Below, piece by piece: positions 28,178 through 38,270 of a stretch of 64,000 nucleotides of DNA. The stretch is from Bdellovibrionota bacterium (GTDB taxonomy: Bacteria; Bdellovibrionota_C; UBA2361; JBIKUX01): NCBI GenBank assembly GCA_044347345.1, contig JBIKUX010000006.1, positions 1 through 64,000 of the forward strand, in the 5' to 3' direction. The stretch's first letter is position 1; every line of letters begins with the position of its first letter. Made by a program: the position numbers and the translations under genes. The notes under the pieces were generated by a model. The model searched no databases and was not told the DNA's origin. It was given only the letters and a program-made list of their open reading frames with translations.

Positions 28178-29111
28178 GGTCAGCATTTCTCATAGGCGGT
28201 AAATTCATAGGCGGTAAAGTAGAAGAAGCGGGTGTTGTTGATGATGCTGTTCTAGCAGAATCAGGAGGAGAAGCGCTAGCAACACTTACACCCTTATCTG
28301 GTGTCGATTCGGCTATAGATATGGGTGTGACCGGCGGCGGCGGGGCTGGTGATGGATTTTTTAAACTATTTAAATAATTTATTCCTCCTGCTACGCCACC
28401 CTGTTGGAGTGCCGTGGCTAAATCTGCTGGCGTATGTTTAGTCTGCAGGGCTAAGTTTAAAAAATCAATTGCCTTTTCTGGGGTAATGGGAGCTAACCAA
28501 CCCTCATCATCTTTAGACTGAAGTTTTGCTTGTAAGTAACTCCTAATTGTGTAATTACTATCACCAGGTTGGTTGGGTATAGTAGTATTGAGTAGTTCTG
28601 TTAAGTTTGAGTCATTGAGCAGATTTTTAAGTTCTGTGGTTCGATCTGGATCCGTTGTGGTTAGATCTGGATCCGCAGTTACTTCTTGATTAGATGCTAC
28701 TTGTGACTGTTGTGGTGGAGGGTTTGATGAAAGGGGGGTCCACTTATCAAAAAGGTTGGGGGGGGAATTACCTACTTCCCGGCTCGCTGCGGCTCTGGCG
28801 TATGGCCTTAATTGAGACGAAGACGGATACGGATACGGATACGGATACGGAGGCGCTGTATTACTAAAAAGTCCTTGACCGGGATCAATAGATGCAACTA
28901 AAGTCCGGTTTCTCTGCGCAAGTTGTTGTTGTCGCATTAGCTGCCGTTCCTGTCTATCGTATGCAGCATCTTCTCTAATTTTTTGAATTGCTGTGTCTAT
29001 TGGGAGTGTTGCATATTCGGTCACCAATTGAGAAACTGCACCCGATAATCTATTAAGAATATTTTTAATAAATTGCTGACCGAGCCTATCAAAGATTACT
29101 CCAACATCCAT
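28158..29111 (-). CDS. hypothetical Pro/Ser/Gln-rich protein
   Basis: 317-aa ORF with PYPYPYP from (ACGGAT)x4 at 28823-28851. Confidence 0.65.
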   Translation of the reverse strand: MDVGVIFDRLGQQFIKNILNRLSGAVSQLVTEYATLPIDTAIQKIREDAAYDRQERQLMRQQQLAQRNRTLVASIDPGQGLFSNTAPPYPYPYPYPSSSQLRPYARAAASREVGNSPPNLFDKWTPLSSNPPPQQSQVASNQEVTADPDLTTTDPDRTTELKNLLNDSNLTELLNTTIPNQPGDSNYTIRSYLQAKLQSKDDEGWLAPITPEKAIDFLNLALQTKHTPADLATALQQGGVAGGINYLNSLKNPSPAPPPPVTPISIAESTPDKGVSVASASPPDSARTASSTTPASSTLPPMNLPPMRNADPSGSFA

Positions 29112-29131
29112 AATATTAATCTAGTCCAAAT

Positions 29132-30043
29132 CTAACACTTAGATTTTTTATTAAAGTTTGCGCCTAATTGTTGTGAGCGACACTTTTTTGAGCAAGTTTT
29201 ATATTGTTGTCCATATTCAATACACTGATCACACACTACAGTGTTTTTGCTACAGGAGCTGCATGAAATTCTTATAGCTCCAGGGTTACCACAGTGAGGA
29301 CACAGATTATAAATGCTTGATGGAGCAAGCTCTTGTGTTACGGCTACTCGTTTATCAAAAACAAAACATTCACCTCGGAAAAAACTATTTGGATAAGACT
29401 CTAAGTAATTTAATATCCCACCATCTAATTGATAGACTTCTTTAAAGCCTCGTTCCTTAAAGGAGAATATCGCCTTTTCGCACCTTACTCCACCCGTACA
29501 AAAAATTAGAGTTTTTTTGTCTTTAGGAAGGGAAGCGTTGTCCAGATAGTCTGGTAATTCTGAAAATTTTTGAATATTTGGAGTTATAGCTCCATCAAAA
29601 GTGCCAAGCTGCCACTCATAAGTATTTCTTGTGTCTACAATGAGAATATCTTCACCTGACGTTAATAGTGACTGCCATTCAGATGGAGAAATATGGTTAT
29701 TTCGAGTCGAAATATCATTGGTATGATTTACCTCGTGTGGCTTACGAATAAAGAGAGTAATTATCTCAGGTCGAATAACTACTTTGAGTATTTTAAAAGG
29801 CTTTTGCTTTACCCAACTTTTTTTTATCTGTAAGCCTTCGGTATTAAAGTGAGTTGCAAATCCATTTAAGAAGTGATGAAAATTTTGCTCCTCGCCAGAA
29901 ACAGTTGCATTATATCCTTCAGGACTAATGATAAAGTGTCCCACTATGTTAAAAGAGCGGCCTATTTCCTCAAGATATGTTTTATGCTGAGCTAGTTCTT
30001 CAGAGGATATTTGGGTAAAGAGATAAAAAGATGCAACGATCAT
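29132..30043 (-). CDS. trhO: TrhO/YceA rhodanese-domain tRNA hydroxylase
   Basis: EGYNAT, DTRNxYE, FCTGGVRCEK, CFVFDKR. Confidence 0.9.
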   Translation of the reverse strand: MIVASFYLFTQISSEELAQHKTYLEEIGRSFNIVGHFIISPEGYNATVSGEEQNFHHFLNGFATHFNTEGLQIKKSWVKQKPFKILKVVIRPEIITLFIRKPHEVNHTNDISTRNNHISPSEWQSLLTSGEDILIVDTRNTYEWQLGTFDGAITPNIQKFSELPDYLDNASLPKDKKTLIFCTGGVRCEKAIFSFKERGFKEVYQLDGGILNYLESYPNSFFRGECFVFDKRVAVTQELAPSSIYNLCPHCGNPGAIRISCSSCSKNTVVCDQCIEYGQQYKTCSKKCRSQQLGANFNKKSKC

Positions 30044-30127
30044 TAAATACTACTTCTGTATATATCTAAATAGAAACCACGCTAAAGAGGTTTTAAGGAG
30101 TAAGCAAATAACTTTAAGCTATCTGAG

Positions 30128-31741
30128 TTAATAAGCTCTGGCAAATATCGCCCTCACTCTGGCAGGACGACCTGTAAGAACGCATGAACCTAACTCGCCA
30201 TCTTTATAAAAAGTGTCTCCTTCAATAGGGATACACCGCACAGAGACTTTAAGTGGCGCAAGTAATTCTTCAGTCTCAGCCGCTTCACTCCACGGAGCTA
30301 CTATAAAGCCAGAGGAAGAAGAAGCATTTGCAGTGCCTGCTAATCCAATGTCATTTTCAGCCTCCTCCTTTCCTGCTTCAAAGTAATGCTGAAAATCTTT
30401 AAATGTTGCTACGGATGACTCTGTCCGAGATTTTAAAATATCAAACGCTTGAGATCTGTAAGTATCTTGAATTTCTTGTAAAATATCAGCAGCCTGAGAT
30501 AGGAATTGGGTTCTGTCAATGATTAGCTTATCTTTTGGTTCTTTATCTCTCCGATACAAAACTATATTGCCACTGGCTACATCTCGAGGGCCTACTTCCA
30601 CTCGAAGGGGTATCCCTTTTTTAATCCATTGCCAGTTTTTTTCACCACCGCGAATATCACGGTCATCTACAGTAACTCTCAAAGTCTCACCCCAACAAGT
30701 TACGTTTTCTAGCGAATTTTTAAGATCAGTACAAAATTTTATTACAGAGTTCGCGCTATCTGACTTTGGTATAACTGGAAGAATAACTATATGCTTAGGC
30801 GAAATTCGAGGAGGAAGGCGCACTCCGTTATCGTCTCCATGCACCATTAACATACCCCCAATTAAACGAGTAGAAACGCCCCATGAGGTGGTAAAAGCAT
30901 GCATACGCACGCCTGTTTCATTTAAAAACATTATATTGCAAGCTTTGGCAAAATTCTGACCGAGATAATGAGAAGTCCCAGCCTGAAGTGCCTTGCCATC
31001 TTGCATCATCGCTTCAATGGTAAAGGAATTCTCTGCCCCTGGAAAACGTTCGAATTTAGGTTTTTCACCTCTAATGCATGGGATAGCCATACAGTCGTTG
31101 ACAAAATCATAATAAATTTTGTGCATTAGCTTAGTCTCAGCTAATGCTTCCTCAGCAGTAGCATGTACAGTGTGGCCTTCTTGCCACAAAAATTCGGAAG
31201 TTCTGAGGAATAAACGAGTTCGCATTTCCCATCGGACTACATTTGCCCATTGGTTAATTAATAACGGAAGATCACGATAAGATTGAACCCATCTAGAGAA
31301 AGCGTCACCGATAATTGTCTCAGAAGTTGGTCTCACAACTAAAGGTTCTTCAAGTTGGCCTGCTGGTACTAATTTGCCATCTTTACTCTCAAGACGATGA
31401 TGGGTAACAACGGCACATTCCTTGGCAAATCCTTCGATGTGAGCAGCTTCCTTTTCAAGAAAACTAAGCGGAATAAAAAGCGGAAAATAAGCATTTTCAT
31501 GTCCAGTAGATTTGATTTTTTCATCAAGAAATCGCTGAACACGTTCCCAAATTCCGTAGCCCCACGGCTTTATAATCATGCATCCACGCACCGGAGAGTG
31601 CTCTGCTAGTGAACCAGCTTTTATAATAGCCTGATACCACTCAGGAAAGTTTTCCGCACGCGTGGGTGTTATTGCTGTTGATGATGATGATGATGTTGTT
31701 GTTGCTGTTGTCTCGTCACTCATAAGTGGATAAAAAGTCAA
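30128..31741 (-). CDS. proS: prolyl-tRNA synthetase (eukaryote/archaea-like type)
   Basis: VRPTSET, QWANVVRWEMRTRLFLRTSEFLWQEGHT, LQAGTSH, C-terminal FARAY. Confidence 0.97.
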   Translation of the reverse strand: MTFYPLMSDETTATTTSSSSSTAITPTRAENFPEWYQAIIKAGSLAEHSPVRGCMIIKPWGYGIWERVQRFLDEKIKSTGHENAYFPLFIPLSFLEKEAAHIEGFAKECAVVTHHRLESKDGKLVPAGQLEEPLVVRPTSETIIGDAFSRWVQSYRDLPLLINQWANVVRWEMRTRLFLRTSEFLWQEGHTVHATAEEALAETKLMHKIYYDFVNDCMAIPCIRGEKPKFERFPGAENSFTIEAMMQDGKALQAGTSHYLGQNFAKACNIMFLNETGVRMHAFTTSWGVSTRLIGGMLMVHGDDNGVRLPPRISPKHIVILPVIPKSDSANSVIKFCTDLKNSLENVTCWGETLRVTVDDRDIRGGEKNWQWIKKGIPLRVEVGPRDVASGNIVLYRRDKEPKDKLIIDRTQFLSQAADILQEIQDTYRSQAFDILKSRTESSVATFKDFQHYFEAGKEEAENDIGLAGTANASSSSGFIVAPWSEAAETEELLAPLKVSVRCIPIEGDTFYKDGELGSCVLTGRPARVRAIFARAY

Positions 31742-31771
31742 AGAACTAGATGTGAACTCAGCTCTTGCATG

Positions 31772-32551
31772 TTAGCCATCAATGGAACCGGCAATTTGAG
31801 CTTGAATCCCTTGCTCTTGAATTTCTGCTCCTATTTGAGGAGTACCGGAAACGTGAATAACGTTTGTTTCAGGAGCAATTGAGACCTTTAGGTCGTCGCT
31901 AAATCGAGAAAAGCCGTACCTGACTGCTCCGCCGTTATCTCTAAGAAGATCCCGACATGCTTTATCTTGACCGCTAAACCAAAGTTGCTGGTATCTCTCT
32001 AGTAGAGCGCTATCGTCTAAAAGCTCTCGGTCGATCATGGCTAGACATCTTGTGTCAATAAGCACTAAGCCCGTCTCTTTGCTTCCTGATAAATCTCCTT
32101 CGCAATCTTCACCCCTTACTCCTTCAGGATGGATAATAATAGAGGATTTATAAGGATTACGATGAATTCGATAGGTGCCGGAATCAAGTGCGATAACCTG
32201 TCCTCCGTACTGACTTACTACCTCATTTTTGACCTCTGGAGCTTCATCTATGATTTTCGATAAGCTTGCAATAAAGCGCGGATTGGCAAGCATGAACTGG
32301 TCAATTAAAACTAAGTTACCACTTTCAACTGCTATTCTCTCTCGTTTGTTACCGCTATCAAAGCTTTGTCGGTGGTGACGCGACCTTCTGTGACGTCCAC
32401 TGTGATGACGTCCACTACTATGCTGTCCACTATTATGCTGTCCACCGTGATGCTGATGCCCGCCGCGACCTTCTGAATGATTACCATTATTATTTCCGTG
32501 ATGTTGGCCTCTACGACCGCTGCCTCTTCGAGCAGAATGCTCCTTACGCAT
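31772..32551 (-). CDS. hypothetical protein with His/Arg/Gly-rich N-terminal tail
   Basis: GAGG RBS; about 65-aa low-complexity tail followed by a globular domain. Confidence 0.75.
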   Translation of the reverse strand: MRKEHSARRGSGRRGQHHGNNNGNHSEGRGGHQHHGGQHNSGQHSSGRHHSGRHRRSRHHRQSFDSGNKRERIAVESGNLVLIDQFMLANPRFIASLSKIIDEAPEVKNEVVSQYGGQVIALDSGTYRIHRNPYKSSIIIHPEGVRGEDCEGDLSGSKETGLVLIDTRCLAMIDRELLDDSALLERYQQLWFSGQDKACRDLLRDNGGAVRYGFSRFSDDLKVSIAPETNVIHVSGTPQIGAEIQEQGIQAQIAGSIDG

Positions 32552-33023
32552 GTACTGACCTCAAATAAAACTAGAACAATTAAAGCTGCTTGGCGTACAT
32601 ACTGCTTCAACAAGAATCGAAGCTTTTCAGTTTTTTAAACCAAGTTTTTTAAACCACTGAGAGTATGTGCAATTTTTTCTCTTCTATACTTGTATCACCC
32701 CTTAAGCACGTCATGCAAGGAATCTACAAAGTAAGTCTCTTGAGTCTAGGTCTGGACGGGGAGCCATCCTGAGGAAATGCCTAAGCATCCTAAGTATTAT
32801 AGCTAGATTTAAAAATCACTTTCGTGTCTCAACTATGAAGGGGCATGAGTAGTAAACGGATAGACTGTTCAAGCAGAACTGGTTTGTGACCGATACCCTA
32901 ATACAAACGTGAGTGCTTTGGGTTATTAGAGAATCGCTCAGGTTTGAAGAACAAGCAAGATTTAGCGATTTAATAACTGAAATAAGCACAGCGGTAAAGT
33001 AACGTGAATCAGTGTTGGTAAGC

Positions 33024-33497
33024 ATGCGAGATGAGACCGTTTTGACTAATGCCTATCTCGGACAGGAAGGTTTGAGCTTCGACCCAGAAGAGGTAATCCT
33101 TGAAGGTGTATACCGAGATGAACTTTCAGCATACAGAGCTCGCCGAGTATGGCGAGAAGCTTTGGAAAGCAACTTTTTGTTAGAATTAGACCGAGATTTT
33201 AAACTTAATGTTGCTTTTGAGGATGAAAAAGACGTGTTTAAATTACGGTGTGATTTTGGTTCTGCTTGTGGACGCTATGCTTTCTGGAGACTAACACACA
33301 ATCAGGCTCCGGAAACGCAGTATTTACTTGAAACTGGGCATATACCTGTATCAGAGCAAAAACATAAAGAGCTTTGTGATGCTGCTGACTTATCTGTTGA
33401 AAGATACCTACCAGCGATACTTAGAGGATCATACAAGCATGATTCTACTTGGTCATTACAACGACTTTCTCACTGGGTTCGATCTATATTTTCATGA
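33024..33497 (+). CDS. hypothetical protein
   Basis: Protein-like ORF; the ATG at 33024 is the likely start. Confidence 0.7.
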   Translation: MRDETVLTNAYLGQEGLSFDPEEVILEGVYRDELSAYRARRVWREALESNFLLELDRDFKLNVAFEDEKDVFKLRCDFGSACGRYAFWRLTHNQAPETQYLLETGHIPVSEQKHKELCDAADLSVERYLPAILRGSYKHDSTWSLQRLSHWVRSIFS

Positions 33498-34549
33498 ATT
33501 AGGGAATGAGCTAATTCGTATGAAGCTGACCTTTGTTCATCTGAGTCTTGCCGCCAGTACATTCCTAATTTATTTAGAAGTTCTGTATCTTGATCTGAGT
33601 CAGGGTTTGGAGTAGTTAAGAGCTTCTCTCCGGCAAAAACGGAGTTTGCTCCAGCTAATAAACACAAAGCGTGCCCTTCGTCGGATAACTGCATCCTACC
33701 AGCTGATAATCTCACCATTGATTTTGGCATAGTGATGCGAGCTAGAGCGATAATTCTCACAAAATCAATTATTGAAATATCGTCTGAGTTGGCGAGGGGA
33801 GTGCCTTCAACTTTTACTAACATGTTGATAGGCACACTCTCTGGATGAGGATTTAGCGTAGCAAGCTGGGTAAGGAGGCCGATTCGGTCATCTAGAGATT
33901 CGCCCATCCCAACAATTCCACCACAACAAACAGTTATTCCAGCGTCACGCACAGCCTGGATAGTACGAAGCCGTTCATCGTAAGTCCTTGTAGTAATGAT
34001 ATTACCGTAATATTCAGGCGAAGTATCAAGATTATGATTGTAAGCAGTACAACCAGCCTGACGTAAACGCTCAGCTTGAGCTTTTGATAGCATTCCTAAA
34101 GTACAACAAACCTCCATATCAAGGGAACGAACCGTGCTTACAAGGTCAAGAAGCGCATCAAACTCTGGCCCATCCCGGACTTCACGCCAAGCGGCTCCCA
34201 TACAAAATCTGGTACTTCCTTGCGCTTTGGCTGCTGAAGCCTTTTCTTTAACGATATTTTTTGGCAGAAGTTTATGTTTTTCTACTCCTGTAGAATAGTG
34301 AGCACTTTGAGGACAATAAGAGCAATTTTCAGGACAACCACCTGTTTTAATCGACAACAGAGTTGAACGTTGTACCTCATAAGGGGAGAAGAATTTACGA
34401 TGAATTAGTTGAGCTGCCATCAATAGGTCAGGAAATGGCAAGGTAGCTAAGTCTTTTATTATTTCTCTAGTCCAATTGTGCTTTGGCTCGTATTCCTCGA
34501 GATTTGTAACTTCTAGAAAAATTTTTTCTTGGGATTTAGTCTTAGACAT
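33470..34549 (-). CDS. bioB: biotin synthase
   Basis: [15 protein letters not shown] radical SAM motif, [24 protein letters not shown]. Confidence 0.97.
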   Translation of the reverse strand: MSKTKSQEKIFLEVTNLEEYEPKHNWTREIIKDLATLPFPDLLMAAQLIHRKFFSPYEVQRSTLLSIKTGGCPENCSYCPQSAHYSTGVEKHKLLPKNIVKEKASAAKAQGSTRFCMGAAWREVRDGPEFDALLDLVSTVRSLDMEVCCTLGMLSKAQAERLRQAGCTAYNHNLDTSPEYYGNIITTRTYDERLRTIQAVRDAGITVCCGGIVGMGESLDDRIGLLTQLATLNPHPESVPINMLVKVEGTPLANSDDISIIDFVRIIALARITMPKSMVRLSAGRMQLSDEGHALCLLAGANSVFAGEKLLTTPNPDSDQDTELLNKLGMYWRQDSDEQRSASYELAHSLIHENIDRTQ

Positions 34550-34655
34550 ATAAAACTTACACAGTACAATTTATTAAAGAATTTTTAGCTACCTAATTTC
34601 TTATAGTTAGCACCTAGCCTGATGGATACAATAGAAAGACAAAGGGGTATGCGCT

Positions 34656-35375
34656 TTACCATAGCAAAAACTGAGCTCCCGCACGGTAAACAGCACCTCT
34701 TAGCTCAGTGCAAATTCGGTCACCCTCAAGCCATCCTAGTCGGTCTGCTTCCTGAAATATTTTCTGCTCTTCAGGAGTACAGAGCACTCCAACAGGAAGT
34801 AAGCACGCAGGCCTAACTTGATTCACTGTTAAAGTGGATGAACTGGATAATGCATTGGTTGAAATGAGAACTTTTTTGAGTGAACACACTGCTCCCATAC
34901 CAAACAGCACAGAATTAATAATGACTAGGTCAACGCCTTTATTCACCAATTCATCCCAAAAATAACTGCTTGGTTCGGGGGAATGATGCGGTGATAGTAA
35001 AATAGCTAAAAGTATTGAATTTTTACCATCATCAACACAATCAAGAGTGAGTCGTACCTCGTGTAATGAATCAAGTATCTCTGGTAGCGCCTGAATATCA
35101 AGTTTAAGCGAGCTTTTAGAGTGGTCAATTACGATAGTATGACTACAGTCAGGTAGGTTATTTTGCTGAAACTGAGATACTAACGAAAGTACGGAGTTAA
35201 CCTCGGCGCTATTGCCAATTATATGGAATATAACCTTATTTTTTGCATTATCTGTCGAAGCAACTTCGTTGTTAAGATTGAACACTTCAATGCTTGATTC
35301 ACTGCTTAAAGCTCTAACAAGTTGGTTTTGGCGCAGTCTTCGGGGTCGACAAGATATAGAAAATTTATCACTCAT
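34656..35375 (-). CDS. degenerate HemB (porphobilinogen synthase)-like protein
   Basis: N-terminal RPRRLR and C-terminal GWL..RAGAxFLL match HemB termini; catalytic motifs are not found. Confidence 0.6.
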   Translation of the reverse strand: MSDKFSISCRPRRLRQNQLVRALSSESSIEVFNLNNEVASTDNAKNKVIFHIIGNSAEVNSVLSLVSQFQQNNLPDCSHTIVIDHSKSSLKLDIQALPEILDSLHEVRLTLDCVDDGKNSILLAILLSPHHSPEPSSYFWDELVNKGVDLVIINSVLFGMGAVCSLKKVLISTNALSSSSTLTVNQVRPACLLPVGVLCTPEEQKIFQEADRLGWLEGDRICTELRGAVYRAGAQFLLW

Positions 35376-35482
35376 AATCGCAATACCGTATAGATTGTAG
35401 CAAAAAAAGTACAACCTTTCTCATATTTGCTTCATATCAGCTATTTAATCAGATAAGCCTTGGAATCATATCATAGGTACTC

Positions 35483-36211
35483 ATGACTAGGAATGCCGCT
35501 CGCAGAGACCCAGTATCTTCACGTGAAGAGCGCGACCTTCTGGTGTCGGAGCACGAAAAATTTGCTCGTGTCATCGCTGGACAGGTTTTAAATTCACTAA
35601 GCCTATCGAAAGATTTTTTAGATGATGCAGTAAGCTGTGCATATGTTGGCTTAGTAGAGGCAGCCGAGCGATATGACCCCTCATCTGGAGTTCCTTTTCG
35701 TGGCTATGCATATATAAGAATAAGGGGGGCTGTTATTGATGGATTGCGCGGCGTTACTGGCTCGTCTCGAGCACATCGCCGCCGGTTACGGGTATCACAA
35801 CATGCACTGCTTGATATTGAGGAATCCGGTGCAGTTAGACATGTTAGTAGACAAAATGCTACCCGTGAGGAGAAGCTCGGCGTTTTACTTGATTTGGTTT
35901 CCCGAGTTTCAGTTTCTTTTTCTTACAGTGAGCGTGAGGCTGAAAATAATTTTGGGGTTGAGCTTGTAACTCCTCAGCATGAACTTCCTGAAGAGATAGC
36001 GATACGAAAACAAACTCAGAAAAATTTAAAAAAAGCTTTCGAAACATTGTCTGATGAAGATCGATTCATACTTGAAGGAATTCATCATCGCGAGTGCACG
36101 TTAGATGAACTGGGCGCTGAACTGGGGGGAGTGAGTAAATCATGGGTAAGCAGAAAACATACTCGGGCGCTCGACCGACTTCGAGAGGCTTTAGAAGCCT
36201 TAGAAAAATAG
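35483..36211 (+). CDS. FliA/WhiG-like sigma factor
   Basis: GLVEAAERYDP..F..YAYIRIRGAVIDGLR region 2; region 4 TLDELGAELGGVSKSWVSR. Confidence 0.88.
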   Translation: MTRNAARRDPVSSREERDLLVSEHEKFARVIAGQVLNSLSLSKDFLDDAVSCAYVGLVEAAERYDPSSGVPFRGYAYIRIRGAVIDGLRGVTGSSRAHRRRLRVSQHALLDIEESGAVRHVSRQNATREEKLGVLLDLVSRVSVSFSYSEREAENNFGVELVTPQHELPEEIAIRKQTQKNLKKAFETLSDEDRFILEGIHHRECTLDELGAELGGVSKSWVSRKHTRALDRLREALEALEK

Positions 36212-36213
36212 AT

Positions 36214-37074
36214 ATGCGTAAACATCACATTAAATTAAATAATGATCGTAACTCTCATTTGATCGCTAAAATAAGGATTTTTTTATATTCGCTGATTACT
36301 TTCTTTGGAGTCGCTTGTAAACAAGAGATTCTTCACGATCTAAGTGAACAGGAAGCAAATAGATTATTAGCCAAGCTACATAGTGAGTCACTTTCTCTAC
36401 ACAGTGAATCACTGTTCCCGATTAAAAAACAACAATCAAATGGACAGTGGAGTATCGCTGTAGAAGATGACCAGGTAGCTAAAGCAGTTACCATTCTCGA
36501 TAATTTAAAGTTATTTGCTCCCTCTCCTGATAGTAAAGTAGAGTCCACATCCTCTATTTTTGCCTCTAATGAGGATATTCGTTTAGCTTTTGAACAACGT
36601 AAGGGGAATGATATAGCCCATACGCTAAAAGGACTGGCCGATGTTTTGCAAGCAAAGGTGCATCTAAATATCCCCAATTCTGTAAAGCGCTTTGGGGGAG
36701 CAACAACCAATGAGGAATCATCAGCAAGTGTTATTTTGATAGTGGATCCAAATTTTAATATCACCGCTGAAGAGATTAAGGGATTAGTTGGCGGTGCGGT
36801 AGGAATACCTCAAGAGAGAGTGCAGGTTCTTCTGCACGTTACTCAGCGTCCTGAGTTACTGAATGGTAATTTTGAAAAATCCTCGTCTACCAAAGATGTC
36901 GTACCTAAAGATTCATTACTTTTTACAAAAAAAAGTTATCTGACAAACAAATGGCGAATGTTTGCGTTTATAACAATCGGTCTTATTACAGTGCTTGTAG
37001 GAGCGGTATTTTTGATGGTTCTAAAGCGGTCTGGCAATTCTTCCGTACCGTTTCTGTTAGGCGAAGAGTCCTAA
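36214..37074 (+). CDS. sctJ: SctJ (YscJ/EscJ)-like T3SS inner-membrane ring lipoprotein
   Basis: Lipobox GVAC, then ILHDLSEQEAN, AKVHLNIP, SASV, IKGLVGGAVG, and a C-terminal TM. The start is taken after the sigma stop codon. Confidence 0.82.
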   Translation: MRKHHIKLNNDRNSHLIAKIRIFLYSLITFFGVACKQEILHDLSEQEANRLLAKLHSESLSLHSESLFPIKKQQSNGQWSIAVEDDQVAKAVTILDNLKLFAPSPDSKVESTSSIFASNEDIRLAFEQRKGNDIAHTLKGLADVLQAKVHLNIPNSVKRFGGATTNEESSASVILIVDPNFNITAEEIKGLVGGAVGIPQERVQVLLHVTQRPELLNGNFEKSSSTKDVVPKDSLLFTKKSYLTNKWRMFAFITIGLITVLVGAVFLMVLKRSGNSSVPFLLGEES

Positions 37075-37098
37075 AAAATACCTTGAGGAACAAAAACT

Positions 37099-37716
37099 GT
37101 GGCGACAGAAAAAGCTCTGTGGGGCTCTTCATCAAATCTTGTGGGTTTATTATCAGGCATTTGTCTCTCTCCAGAAGAAACTTTCTCAGTAATAGAAACA
37201 GTTTTAGGATATCGTTATGCAAAATTAGGCGCTGAAGCTCAGAAAACAGTAGAGGTATTAAATAATTTTCCTCTCAGATGGAGAAAAGAGCTATGCCTAC
37301 TTTCTTTACAAGACTTAATATCTTCTTTTCATTGGTATTCAATTTATTTTTTTGGCATACTCAAGCCCAATATTTTTCAAGTTACATCGGTTAATGTAAA
37401 GAAGAATTGGTCAAACAATTATACAGCTACTTTCGTACATCCTATTTATATTCCGTGGTCTATTGATGAAACTATATCCCCTACTACAGTAGTAAGTAGC
37501 TCATCAAATGGCAGCAAGATTGATAGTTTAGAATCTAACGTTGAAGGTAGCTTTTACTTGGGATCAGTCCCATATATTCAAGCTAGTGATAGTAAAAATT
37601 TTTACTATAAAGTAACAGACCCTTTACATGTCACTTTACGGCTAAATGATGGAAGGTGTTTTTTTGGATCAACAAGTTTGTCACTAGACAAAATAGAAAT
37701 ATCAACAGAATTTTAG
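37099..37716 (+). CDS. hypothetical protein in T3SS-like cluster
   Basis: GAGG RBS; directly follows sctJ. Confidence 0.6.
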   Translation: MATEKALWGSSSNLVGLLSGICLSPEETFSVIETVLGYRYAKLGAEAQKTVEVLNNFPLRWRKELCLLSLQDLISSFHWYSIYFFGILKPNIFQVTSVNVKKNWSNNYTATFVHPIYIPWSIDETISPTTVVSSSSNGSKIDSLESNVEGSFYLGSVPYIQASDSKNFYYKVTDPLHVTLRLNDGRCFFGSTSLSLDKIEISTEF

Positions 37717-37830
37717 CTTTTCAGATAGCAACTAGCTTAATCTCAAAACGATTCTTTAATCGTGAATTAAAAACGTATTGATTAATCCTCGTCATAAGAA
37801 AACATCGACCCTTTCAACAAGGAAACACCA

Positions 37831-38190
37831 GTGTCTAATAATTTAATAAGCACGTTACCAAACTCTTTAATACAGACTAACCCAAATCAAATTAGCTCAG
37901 GCCAGATGAAGGGTAAAAATCTACATTTAAATAACGATGTAAGTCGGTTTTTTTTTGAGCGACTTAAAACTAGCGCAAATTTACGATTAAGGGAGACAAA
38001 GTCTAATTATGAAAATTTTTCTGATACCAAAAATTCACCGATATCAGTATCAGATATTCAAAGGTATTCTAGGCTACTTATGAGTCAAGAAAATAGTCAG
38101 CGTGATCTACAAAAGCTTCAACTACTATCTCAAATAAATCGAAGTGTCATTGATGCATCTCTTCAACCTCTACGTACTGTACGTTCGTGA
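37831..38190 (+). CDS. hypothetical helical protein in T3SS-like cluster (possible SctI-like)
   Basis: 119 aa with a Gln/Leu-rich C-terminal helix; the function call rests on size and context only. Confidence 0.5.
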   Translation: MSNNLISTLPNSLIQTNPNQISSGQMKGKNLHLNNDVSRFFFERLKTSANLRLRETKSNYENFSDTKNSPISVSDIQRYSRLLMSQENSQRDLQKLQLLSQINRSVIDASLQPLRTVRS

Positions 38191-38270
38191 AAAAAAATTA
38201 ATTTGCAATCGATCTTAGAATACAAAATGTAGGAAAAATAAAAGAACAAACTGTAAAAAAGGATGATTCG

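Noticed and set aside
30519-30959. 146-aa plus-strand ORF and other short overlapping ORFs in the track
   Set aside because: They overlap well-supported genes (here proS) and lack recognisable motifs.
32552-33011. Possible ncRNA (6S or riboswitch) in a 460-bp intergenic region
   Set aside because: I could not identify diagnostic motifs or a long stem; an Rfam scan is needed.
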